24,000 nt of DNA from contig NZ_JACGVG010000029.1 of assembly GCF_014077095.1 (NCBI RefSeq), positions 103,625 through 127,624 on the forward strand, read 5' to 3'. Every line of letters starts with the position of its first letter. Positions within the stretch are counted from its first letter, which is position 1. This DNA comes from Colwellia sp. MB02u-6. GTDB taxonomy: Bacteria; Pseudomonadota; Gammaproteobacteria; Enterobacterales; Alteromonadaceae. Positions 9,235 to 17,987 of this stretch are shown here, in pieces. Position numbers and translations under genes: made by a program. Under the pieces are notes generated by a model. That model was given only the letters and a program-made list of their open reading frames with translations, ran no database searches and was not told where the DNA came from.

Positions 9235-9624
9235 ATGAAGAATTTCATTTTTAAATATGGCCTAATGGCTTGGCTATGCTGCTCAACGGTGACTATGGCC
9301 CAAGAGATTCCAATTTCAGGACTCATTATTGATAGCACTATTAGCCGGCAGGGTCACGATTTCGCCAATCAATTAAGTCGTTTTTGGCAAGATATCCCAA
9401 ATACCTTTGGTAAAAATGTTGTGGTTAAAGAAATTATCCTGCCTCAAGCGGGCACACAAGTCGACGTGATTTTTGATAAAAAAATTATCTATCGTACTAA
9501 TTTTGGCAGACGCTTATTGCCACTGGACGAAAAAGTAAATCAAGCAGTGGTCAGATTAGTGAATGCGGTTGCGCAAACATATGCTGAAGAGGAAAATCCC
9601 GACTTGGCAGGTGATGAGTGGTAA
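9235..9624 (+). CDS. csgE: Curli production assembly/transport protein CsgE
   Basis: 129 aa with signal peptide; ISGLIIDSTISRQGHDFANQLSRFWQ and KNVVVKEIILPQAGTQVDVIFDKKIIYRTNFGRR are CsgE-like; gene order csgE-csgF-csgG. Confidence 0.88.
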   Translation: MKNFIFKYGLMAWLCCSTVTMAQEIPISGLIIDSTISRQGHDFANQLSRFWQDIPNTFGKNVVVKEIILPQAGTQVDVIFDKKIIYRTNFGRRLLPLDEKVNQAVVRLVNAVAQTYAEEENPDLAGDEW

Positions 9625-9628
9625 GTAT

Positions 9629-10066
9629 ATGAAAAATATGATAATAATATTTAGCCTATTTGCCCTAATGGAACAGGCAGTAAGTTCAGAGCTTGTTTAT
9701 ACCCCCATTAACCCTAGTTTTGGCGGTAACCCTATGAATGGCAGCATTTTATTGAATAAAGCCAACGGGCAAAATACCCATTCAGCGTCAAGCAATGAAA
9801 GAAGTTATGGTGATAGATTACAAGAGTCCCTAGAAAGAGCATACATTAATAAAGTTGTTAGGGAGGTGACAGACCTCGCGTTTGGTGAGCAGCAATTAGA
9901 CGAAAATGGCGTGCCCGTAGCGAGTATATTTGATAATAATTCTCTTTTTGTTAGTGGTGACTTTCAGGTAGAACTTATTACCTCTAATCCCGATAGTTTA
10001 ACCGTTCAAATAACCAATATTTTGACGGGTGAAATAACTATTGTTGAAATTCCCAGGTTTGGATAA
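9629..10066 (+). CDS. csgF: Curli production assembly/transport protein CsgF
   Basis: Start ATG 9629 just after the csgE stop (the ORF track's 9563 start overlaps csgE). Signal peptide then ELVYTPINPSFGGNPMNGSILLNKANGQN, the canonical CsgF N-terminus. Confidence 0.92.
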   Translation: MKNMIIIFSLFALMEQAVSSELVYTPINPSFGGNPMNGSILLNKANGQNTHSASSNERSYGDRLQESLERAYINKVVREVTDLAFGEQQLDENGVPVASIFDNNSLFVSGDFQVELITSNPDSLTVQITNILTGEITIVEIPRFG

Positions 10067-10070
10067 AAAA

Positions 10071-10844
10071 ATGAAGACTTCTTTAATAGTAGCCATCAGT
10101 TTTATGGTGTTAAGTGCTTGCTCCTCCATTACAAATTTGATGCCGCCAAATAAACAACCCGCCACAGTTATTGAAGTCGCCGATACGTTAAGTGATTTAA
10201 AAAACTTGCCTAAAGCGGGTGGCAAAATTGCGGTATCCGTTTACGGATTTAGAGACCAAACAGGTCAATACAAGGCATCGTCTGGTTCCAGTTCTTTCTC
10301 TACCGCCGTAACGCAAGGGGCTACGTCTATACTCGTGCAGACCCTGGGAGAAACGGATTGGTTCTTGCCTGTTGAACGAGAGGGATTACAAAACATATTA
10401 ACCGAACGTAAAATAGTTAGGGCCGCGATTAAAGGCGATAACACCAATTCAGCATTACCGCCATTGACGACAGCTAAAATTATCATTGAGGGTGGTATTG
10501 TTAGCTATGATACCAATATAAGAACAGGTGGTTTAGGTGCTGAATATTTTGGTATTAGCTCTTCGACTTTATACCGAGAAGACCAAATTACCGTATTTAT
10601 GCGTGCAGTTGATGTGAGGACCGGGCAGGTTTTAGTCTCGGTGTCCACCAGTAAAAAAGTACTCAGCCAAGAAGTTCGAGCAGGTTTGTTTCGGTATATA
10701 TCATACAAGCGTTTACTTGAATTGGAGGCTGGATACACAACTAATGAGCCTATGTTTGAATGTGTTAAGCAAAGCATAGAAAAAGCAGTGAGTGAGCTGG
10801 TACTGAAAGGCATCGACCGAGGTGTATGGAGAGCGCGGGTTTAA
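10071..10844 (+). CDS. csgG: Curli secretion channel lipoprotein CsgG
   Basis: ATG 10071; lipobox LSAC; AVSVYGFRDQTGQYKASSGSSSFSTAVTQGATSILVQTLGETDWFLPVEREGLQNILTERK is CsgG-like. Confidence 0.95.
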   Translation: MKTSLIVAISFMVLSACSSITNLMPPNKQPATVIEVADTLSDLKNLPKAGGKIAVSVYGFRDQTGQYKASSGSSSFSTAVTQGATSILVQTLGETDWFLPVEREGLQNILTERKIVRAAIKGDNTNSALPPLTTAKIIIEGGIVSYDTNIRTGGLGAEYFGISSSTLYREDQITVFMRAVDVRTGQVLVSVSTSKKVLSQEVRAGLFRYISYKRLLELEAGYTTNEPMFECVKQSIEKAVSELVLKGIDRGVWRARV

Positions 10845-11132
10845 TTATAGTTAAGACCAGCGAATACTAAGGTCTATAAAGTAGCAAAAGTGAATGTGCA
10901 GATCCAACTGAACTCACCGCTTATTACTGCCTGTCAGGTTTAGTAATTTTGACTCTCGCTTACGAGCCGATTGTACAATTCATTTCTTATATTAGTTGCT
11001 AATAACAATTGTAAATGTGTTTCTGTTGAACAATATAAACTCATTTATTAAGTTAAGCTATCCACTCTAAAGAAAGTTTAACTATTTCATTCCAGTGCCT
11101 AAACTCTTGCCATTCAGCCCGTTACATTAAAA

Positions 11133-11165
11133 AACCCGCTAATCAAAAGATTAGCGGGTTTTTGT
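11133..11165 (+). terminator. Strong intrinsic terminator-like hairpin in a degenerate tRNA-type repeat copy
   Basis: AACCCGCTAATC (11133-11144) AAAA GATTAGCGGGTT (11149-11160) then TTTTTG; 12-bp perfect stem. Confidence 0.75.
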
Positions 11166-11244
11166 TTTCTACAGCAAAAATGATTATTAGAGCTCTAGCG
11201 CGAATCCGATACTTAGAGTTCAAATCTTTATCTCAACGCTACAT
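11133..11244 (+). repeat. Orphan diverged copy of the 126-bp tRNA-Ser-associated repeat
   Basis: Hairpin core CCGCTAATC-loop-GATTAGCGG, then TTCTACAGCA, ending GAGTTCAAATCTTTATCTCAACGCT, which resembles the repeats' GGGTTCAAATCCCTATCTCACCGCC. Confidence 0.65.
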
Positions 11245-11385
11245 TTAGACAACCAGTTAATTTTATTTTTTTAAAGCATTCTGGTTAAGTTTGTGCATTC
11301 ATGTTTTTTCCTTGGTACGTCTAAGTTCAGTAGGTTAAGTTCATTAGGCTAATCACTATTTTTATTGTGCTTTTAGTCATTGAGT

Positions 11386-13284
11386 TTATTTGAGCTCATT
11401 GGCTTTTCGGTGTTTACCTTGATAGTCAAAAAGTCTGTCTTTAATACGCCAGTAGTACTTTTGTTTTCTGGCAATGACAAAATCTGGGCACGGCAATATG
11501 TTAGCTAACTTTAATGCTTGTTCAAGATTAGTGACTTCAAACGACTCCGTTGAACCCAGTTGAACACTGATTTTAGCGCTAAGGCGTTTAGAAAAAATAT
11601 CATTGAACGCTTTAACTTGATTCGGCTTAGTAAAGTCAAAAGATTCATTGAGTTCAGCGCCTTCCTCATCATGGTAAGTGACTTTTAACTTATCAGCGTC
11701 CTTATCACTAACCTTGCCATTAACTCTGGTTAAATTAAGACCTGCGCAGCGAATAATTTTTGAATCTTTAAGTTGCAGTGCCTTTTTTAACATATCATCG
11801 GGGTCAACCAAGACCTGAAGGCACTGTAAACAGTTACGAGCAGCTATGTCATTTTCACCACCGCAGTGAGGGCATTCTTTAAATACAAAACGATAGTCAC
11901 ATTGACTCTGGCTTTCTAGTAGGTATGCTTGCTCTTCATTTGGAGCATCGACGAGACCTTGGCATCGTCGGCCGTAGTGTTCCACTAAATAACCGTCATC
12001 ATCACAAATACCCCAAAATATATTGGGAAATTGACAACTTGGGCAAACAACTTGAACTGGCTGACTTTTACCATTCGGCTTTTTCTCGCCAACTTCGGGA
12101 TGATAGAGGTCAAAATCATTGCCCGTATAGTCAATCACCAAGCAATCTTTTTTGTTATCACTCAAACGCAGACCACGACCGATGATTTGCTGATAGAGAC
12201 TAACTGATTGTGTTGGACGTAATATCGCAATCATATCGACATGGGGCGCATCAAAACCAGTGGTTAATACTGAAACATTAACCAGATATTTAATTTCTTT
12301 ACGTTTGAATGCCTTAATTAACTTATCGCGCTCAGTGTTGTCGGTAGCCCCGGTAATTAACGCACTCAATTTGGCGGGTAAATAACTAAAGACTTCCTTT
12401 GCATGTTCAACGGTAGCGGCAAATATCATAATACCTTGACGTTTATGGCCTAACTCGATGACCTGTTCAATAATACCTTGAGTCACCCGAGGATTTTTGT
12501 TTAGTAGATGATTAATATCTGTAGGACTATATTCACCAGAGGCGTTTGCTCGCAGGCTACTAAAATCATAATGCTCTATGGTGGCATCGACTAAATTGGG
12601 TTCGGTTAAATACTGGCGTTTAATTAAGTAACGAAGTGGTAGTTCATAAATACAGTGCTCAAAAGGTCGCTTTTCTTCACTTCGCATAAAACCACGATAA
12701 TGCTTTTTATAAATCCAGCCCATGCCTAAACGATAAGGGGTTGCGGTTAAACCCAATAATTTCACTTCGGGATTCACTTGCATTAATTTTTCAATGATTT
12801 GTTGATACTGATTACTATTGGACAGCTTGCTTGCTGTTTCTTGTGATTGCTCTTTGGACTCACCTTTAGGTTTACTTTTAGCTTCGTCTTTAGCCAACTC
12901 AGTGCTGGCCAAATTAACTCTATGGCATTCGTCAATAATAATTAAGGAGTAGGGCTCACTAAAGTCATCTAGATTACGGGCTGCCGATTGTATGCTGGCG
13001 AACGTGACTTGGTACTGAGTTTCTTTTAGTTTTAATCCCGCAGAATAAATACCGGCAGTAACACCATAGCTTTCATATTTTTGATGATTTTGCTCGACCA
13101 GTTCTTTCACATGGGTGAGCACCAGTATTTTTCGCTTTGCCAAGCGAGCAAGCTCGGCAATGACCAGACTTTTACCCGAGCCTGTAGGTAAAACAATCAC
13201 CGCAGATTCGTTGGTTTTTCGAAAGTGTTTGAGCACCGCAGAAACGGCTTCTTGTTGATAATCTCTAAGTTGAAAAACTGCCAC
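11386..13284 (-). CDS. radD: ATP-dependent DNA helicase RadD (YejH), SF2 family
   Basis: 632 aa with Walker A VLPTGSGKS, DECHR, GLTATPYRLG, helicase C motif QQIIGRGLR, and C-terminal Cys clusters (CPSCQFPNIFWG, CPHCGGENDIAARNCLQC) closely following E. coli RadD as I recall it. Confidence 0.9.
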   Translation of the reverse strand: MAVFQLRDYQQEAVSAVLKHFRKTNESAVIVLPTGSGKSLVIAELARLAKRKILVLTHVKELVEQNHQKYESYGVTAGIYSAGLKLKETQYQVTFASIQSAARNLDDFSEPYSLIIIDECHRVNLASTELAKDEAKSKPKGESKEQSQETASKLSNSNQYQQIIEKLMQVNPEVKLLGLTATPYRLGMGWIYKKHYRGFMRSEEKRPFEHCIYELPLRYLIKRQYLTEPNLVDATIEHYDFSSLRANASGEYSPTDINHLLNKNPRVTQGIIEQVIELGHKRQGIMIFAATVEHAKEVFSYLPAKLSALITGATDNTERDKLIKAFKRKEIKYLVNVSVLTTGFDAPHVDMIAILRPTQSVSLYQQIIGRGLRLSDNKKDCLVIDYTGNDFDLYHPEVGEKKPNGKSQPVQVVCPSCQFPNIFWGICDDDGYLVEHYGRRCQGLVDAPNEEQAYLLESQSQCDYRFVFKECPHCGGENDIAARNCLQCLQVLVDPDDMLKKALQLKDSKIIRCAGLNLTRVNGKVSDKDADKLKVTYHDEEGAELNESFDFTKPNQVKAFNDIFSKRLSAKISVQLGSTESFEVTNLEQALKLANILPCPDFVIARKQKYYWRIKDRLFDYQGKHRKANELK

Positions 13285-13680
13285 GCAGTGCTACTGCCTT
13301 ATAGGGAACGGATAGCCGCTATAATAGCAAAAGAGTAGATAATTCTAAAATTTAAAGCCAACTTTAAGCCTTCATTAGTTTGCTGGGGGGTAATTTAGAG
13401 AGTAGGGCTTAAAAAGAGAGTAAACTGCTGCGCACAACTGGGAATATCATAGAGGTAATTGAGCCTTAATAAGGTTTTTCTACAAAAAAGTAATACAAAG
13501 TAGTAGTGAGAGGCAGTTGCACAATCTTTTTTTCAGTCCACTGCCAATAATTAAGAAGTTTTTCATAAAAATCAAACCGGGTATTTATCTGTTTGATTTC
13601 TTATCTATAGTGATCATGAGTTTACTCTAGTGGTAATTTCATTGAATAAAGTCAATGCCATATTTGGCCATTCTTCCTGT

Positions 13681-13775
13681 CAAACTATAAAATTACTAAT
13701 TGAAAGGTTAGAGGTTTTTTGGTGTTAAATTTATTGAACAGCGCAATAGGTGTTCTATCACTGCAATAAAGGGAA
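13681..13775 (+). repeat. Highly degenerate fragment related to the 126-bp repeat
   Basis: CAAACTATAAAATTACTAATTGAAAGGTTAGAGGTTTTTTGG..GTGTTCTATCACTGCAATAAAGGG versus CAAACTATAAAAAACCGCTAATCGAAAGATTAGCGGTTTTTTTT..GTGTTCTACGACAAGGTAAGG. Confidence 0.5.
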
Positions 13776-14323
13776 CAAGTCTCTATAAATATGGTTAAGT
13801 TGAAATCAATGTTTTAGATCCAACGACACAACTAGCTTGTGTAATAAAAAATAACAAAATAATTAAAGGAGAATGTTATGAATAGAAGGTTTTATATGGC
13901 ACCTTTAAATTTTATAGACATTTTAACGCAAGGTAAAAAAGTGATTGTTATCTTTATATATAATTAATTTTTTTATTTTTAGCAAAAGCATTTAAAAACT
14001 CAAAGCGTTATTGCGTTAGTTTATTGTCTAGTACGTCATCTTGAAAAATTGTGAAATTAAGTGACACTAAAGCTGATACAACTGCGGTAATTGATCTCAA
14101 AAATAACCTTAAACGTATAAAAAAACTTAAGCTTATAAAACAAGTAAAACAGCCAGCCATGATTAAATCCCAACGATAGATAAAATTAAAATTGTCAAAA
14201 CGTAAATGGTATTGATTGTTAAAAAGTTCAATGCCGCTAAAGTGTTACGATGAATAAATAAAAATACCAACGGGTTATTCTACAAGCTATTTATACAAAT
14301 CAGTGGCGTTATAGGAAAATTAT

Positions 14324-14962
14324 ATGCTTCGATGGATTATTTTACTGTTTAGCGTAATCACCTGTATTAATGCTAAATCTTCTACCAATTTAACCTCATT
14401 AAACAACAACGGTATTGCACTGTGGGAAACTAAAGTATTCTCTGGCAAATCGATTTACACTATAAACCAGCATCAAGGACGCTTGGCACTGCAAGCACTC
14501 AGTCAGAGTTCTGCATCTGGATTGGTGTTGAAAAGTAAAATTGATCTGACTATAACGCCTTACATAAACTGGAGTTGGTTAGTAGAAAAAACCTTACATG
14601 GGTTAAACGAACGTAGTAAAAGTGGGGATGACTTCGTCGCTAGAGTTTACCTGGTCATCGATGGTGGCTTTATGCTTTGGAAGACCAAATCATTAAACTA
14701 TGTGTGGTCGAGTAATCAGGCTAAAGACTTGGTTTGGGATAATCCCTTTGCTGGTTCAAGTGTTAAAATGATGTCTGTTCAAGGGAAGCAATCTCAAACA
14801 GGTAAGTGGTACGAAGAAAAGCGTAATGTATACCGAGATTTGATTGATACATTTGATGATCAAGGTAGTGAAAAAGCAAACCTAAAAGCTTATAACTACA
14901 TAGACATTATAGCTATTTTGACAGACACCGATAATAGTGGGGAAAAAGCAGAGTCTTATTAG
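14324..14962 (+). CDS. DUF3047 domain-containing protein with apparently premature TAG
   Basis: 212-aa ORF with N-terminal signal-like segment and DUF3047-like sequence (WSWLVEKTL.., DDFVARVYLVIDGGF, DIIAILTDTDNSGEKAESY). Confidence 0.75.
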   Translation: MLRWIILLFSVITCINAKSSTNLTSLNNNGIALWETKVFSGKSIYTINQHQGRLALQALSQSSASGLVLKSKIDLTITPYINWSWLVEKTLHGLNERSKSGDDFVARVYLVIDGGFMLWKTKSLNYVWSSNQAKDLVWDNPFAGSSVKMMSVQGKQSQTGKWYEEKRNVYRDLIDTFDDQGSEKANLKAYNYIDIIAILTDTDNSGEKAESY

Positions 14963-15218
14963 GGTGATATTGTATTTAGTACCCAGTAATTATTTTACTA
15001 TTCAGTTTTAGGTGATATTTTTTGTCTGCTTAAATTAACCTGTTGTTTTTTATAGATATAAAAAATACGAGCAGAGCTATTCAAACTTAGCTGCAGTAAT
15101 CAACCTTTAAACGTCATTACTGGTGTAAACTTTTTAACCACACTAAGAGTATATTAGATGGAGGTTATCAGAAATATAGCTATGTAGATTTCAAGTGGTG
15201 AATTTTTTATGACCATCA

Positions 15219-15250
15219 CTTGTTTCCATTATTGCCGCAGTGGAAACAAG
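15219..15250 (+). repeat. Inverted repeat in the carbonic anhydrase leader
   Basis: CTTGTTTCCA (15219-15228) / TGGAAACAAG (15241-15250), perfect 10-bp arms, 12-nt loop. Confidence 0.85.
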
Positions 15251-15283
15251 CGTAATATAAACGCCCTACCAAAGGAGAATAAG

Positions 15284-15865
15284 ATGAGTAAAATTGTAGA
15301 TGAAGTAAAATCCGCCAATGCTGATTATGTCGCTGCATTTGGAGATAAAGGTGATCTGCCAATGCCACCTGGTAGGCAATTTGCCATTTTGACATGTATG
15401 GATGCACGCTTGGATCCAGCTAAATATGCAGGTCTTGCTGAAGGTGATGCACATGTAATTCGTAACGCAGGCGGCAGAGCAAGCGATGATGCTATTCGTT
15501 CATTAGTGATTTCTTATAAATTACTCGGCACAAAAGAATGGTTTGTTATCCATCATACTGATTGTGGTATGGAAACATTCTCAACTGAAATAATAGCAGA
15601 TTTACTTTCGAGTAGCCTTAAAACCTCAAGTGTTGATGCTTCTGGTTGGCATGACAGTAAAGCAGGCGGTGGTACAACTGATGGCAAGTACATTAATTGG
15701 CTCACCATCAGTGATCAAGACAAAAGTGTTTTGGAAGACGTTCAAAGGATAAGAAGTAATTCAATGGTGCCCAGCGAGATTCCAATTTATGGTTATATTT
15801 ATGACTGCAAAACTGGCAATCTTAATGAGGTGCTTGAAGCCACAGAAGCTGGAAAAGTAAGTTAA
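15284..15865 (+). CDS. Beta-class carbonic anhydrase
   Basis: Cys/Asp-Arg motif [29 protein letters not shown], and HHTDCGM. ATG 15284 preceded by AAAGGAG is a better start than the track's 15209. Confidence 0.88.
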   Translation: MSKIVDEVKSANADYVAAFGDKGDLPMPPGRQFAILTCMDARLDPAKYAGLAEGDAHVIRNAGGRASDDAIRSLVISYKLLGTKEWFVIHHTDCGMETFSTEIIADLLSSSLKTSSVDASGWHDSKAGGGTTDGKYINWLTISDQDKSVLEDVQRIRSNSMVPSEIPIYGYIYDCKTGNLNEVLEATEAGKVS

Positions 15866-16164
15866 AACAACTAATGTCAATCTCATTGGTTTTCTAATCA
15901 TTTTACCTGATGAAAACAACCAACTATGGCGTTGTTTGTTTAATAAGTACCGCTGCATGGTTGCAGTTTATTAGACAATTCAAGCACCTATTGTCCTGAA
16001 CAACGCGTTATTAAAATAACTGCCTTATATTGGTTTTTTTTTCTGCTTCGAAGGCCGGATAATTAATGAAACCGGTATAACAAAAAGCTGTACTTTAACA
16101 GTACAGAAAATTTATCCCCACATGCACAACAACTAAATGTGCTATTAACTGCACAGGAGATTTG

Positions 16165-16656
16165 ATGAAGTATTTTGCATACGGTTCAAACATGTCAATT
16201 TTAAGACTTCAAGAGCGGGTACCAAGTGCCAAAAGGCTTGATACAGTAACACTTAAAAACCACCAATTACGCTTTAATATGAGTGGCACTGATGGCTCTG
16301 GAAAGTGTGATTCTTTTCAAACAAATAATATCGAAGACATAGTCATTGGTGCTTTATTTGAGATAAACAGAGCTGAAAAAACAATCTTAGATCGCGCTGA
16401 AAGCTTAGGGTATGGATATGATGAAAAAATAGTTTCTGTACAAAATGACTTAGGTGAAGTCTTTAATGCTTTAATATACTGCGCAATTAATATAGACGAC
16501 TCATTAAAACCTTATTCTTGGTATTTAAATCACGTCATTATCGGAGCAAAGGAAAGTAAGCTGCCTACTGACTACCTTGCTGTAATTGAGTCTATTGTGT
16601 GTTTAGAAGACCCTAATAAAACGCAAGACGCAGAGCAACGTGCAATGTACAGTTAA
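16165..16656 (+). CDS. Gamma-glutamylcyclotransferase (AIG2/GGCT-like) family protein
   Basis: KYFAYGSNMSILRLQERVPSAKRLDTVTLKNHQLRFN has the YGSN motif; GGAG upstream. Confidence 0.82.
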   Translation: MKYFAYGSNMSILRLQERVPSAKRLDTVTLKNHQLRFNMSGTDGSGKCDSFQTNNIEDIVIGALFEINRAEKTILDRAESLGYGYDEKIVSVQNDLGEVFNALIYCAINIDDSLKPYSWYLNHVIIGAKESKLPTDYLAVIESIVCLEDPNKTQDAEQRAMYS

Positions 16657-17176
16657 CAAAAAATTAAACATGGGTCTGTAATGGTTTGCTACAACCTGTC
16701 GTACTAGACAATTTTAGCGAATTATTACTCAGCCCATTTTTTGTTATAAGGCATGTGATTTTGTACTGGTTTGGTATGAAAAATTAGACATTCCACTTAG
16801 CCCATAAAATATATAAATCTTCTTTAGTAAAAAAAATGAATTTCGATTGGCTATAAGTATGTATTTTTAACTATTCCTTTTTTAAGTAATCATCCAAATT
16901 AACTTTCTCATCTAGCCAGTCTAGATATGTACACAGATAAGTTATGAAACGAAAGACCTAACCGCCTCATTACTTCTTGTCACAATATCATCACTATATG
17001 CGAATAAACCGCTACTTTAACGAGTCACGGTCTTTTATGTTTATTATTTGTAAAATACAGCCTTAAGCTTGGTAGAGCTATAGTGTCTAGTAGCCTTAAA
17101 TCTGCTTAATAGCTGAAATATTGTTAAGTTAGATAGCTAATATCGAATATTAAATGCTTATTTAATAATAAAGAAC

Positions 17177-17632
17177 TTGCCAATACACTATGATCATCAA
17201 CTAGTGATATTCTCAATAATACTCGCTCACAAAGTGAGTTCTGCATTAGCAGAAGGGTTTGCCCCGAGGATGTTTACTATAGCTGAGTTGTTAGCAGATA
17301 TTCATCAGGAATTATTAGCCACGTGCATCGACAAACAGCAGTATACTCTGACGGGTTTGTTTATCCTTTATCATGACATATTGTCGCGTTTACCTGATTT
17401 GTAAATACTGATCATACTGATTGTTTACAGTGCTATGGCAATAACACCGTTGATTTTTTTCATTGTTTAAAGTGGCCTTGATCGCCATTATACCTAATTT
17501 AATTACCACCTCAGTGATTATGGGTATATTAGATATTTTTCGATTCCATTAGATTTAATGACTATTACCATTGCTGCCGTTGCTATGGGTATTTCAATGG
17601 ACAATACCATTACTACATTCATCGATATTTAG
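17177..17632 (+). pseudogene. Fragment of an RND/MMPL-family exporter
   Basis: Recognisable pieces in different frames: QQYTLTGLFILYHDILSRL (within the 17177-17404 ORF), SLFKVALIAIIPNLITTSVIMGILDIF (about 17460-17545), and PLDLMTITIAAVAMGISMDNTITTFIDI (17546-17629, then TAG). Confidence 0.65.
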
Positions 17633-17987
17633 CTAAAGACAAGGTTAAGCAAGCCCTAACATAAGAGCACTGTATTTTAATGCCGTGTTTTATTGCTTTT
17701 GTTAGCTGATTCATAACCCTGTTAAAGGTATTAAGGTCAGTTGTTATTAGGTTGTTAGCTTTAATCTCTGTTTTACCCCAATAGTTTATGGTAGCTAAAT
17801 GACTATCAATTTGAGTGTGTTGCTCATATTTAGTCCACTTTTATAAAGTTATTACTCACTTGAGTTGTTTTATCTGCGAACAACAAGCTCACAAACATAA
17901 TGTAAATGATATAATCTCGCGTATAAAGTGTCATGTTGTGACATTACTCAATTAAAAAATGCCCTAGTCACCTGGAAAATATAAATC

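Noticed and set aside
8718-9338. 206-aa minus-strand ORF opposite the csgA-like gene
   Set aside because: It mirrors the repetitive, biased composition of the curlin gene and resembles no family I recognise. The sense strand has signal peptide, RBS and curlin repeats.
9563-9628. N-terminal extension of the CsgF ORF in the ORF track
   Set aside because: It overlaps the csgE end and lacks signal-peptide character; ATG 9629 begins a proper signal peptide.
11925-12185. 86-aa plus-strand ORF opposite radD
   Set aside because: It lies within the conserved Cys-cluster coding region of radD, with no RBS or recognisable protein.
17405-17985. Promoter/regulatory island upstream of the nitrilase-fold gene
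   Set aside because: Part is explained by the RND/MMPL pseudogene; the rest is AT-rich with no clear motif.
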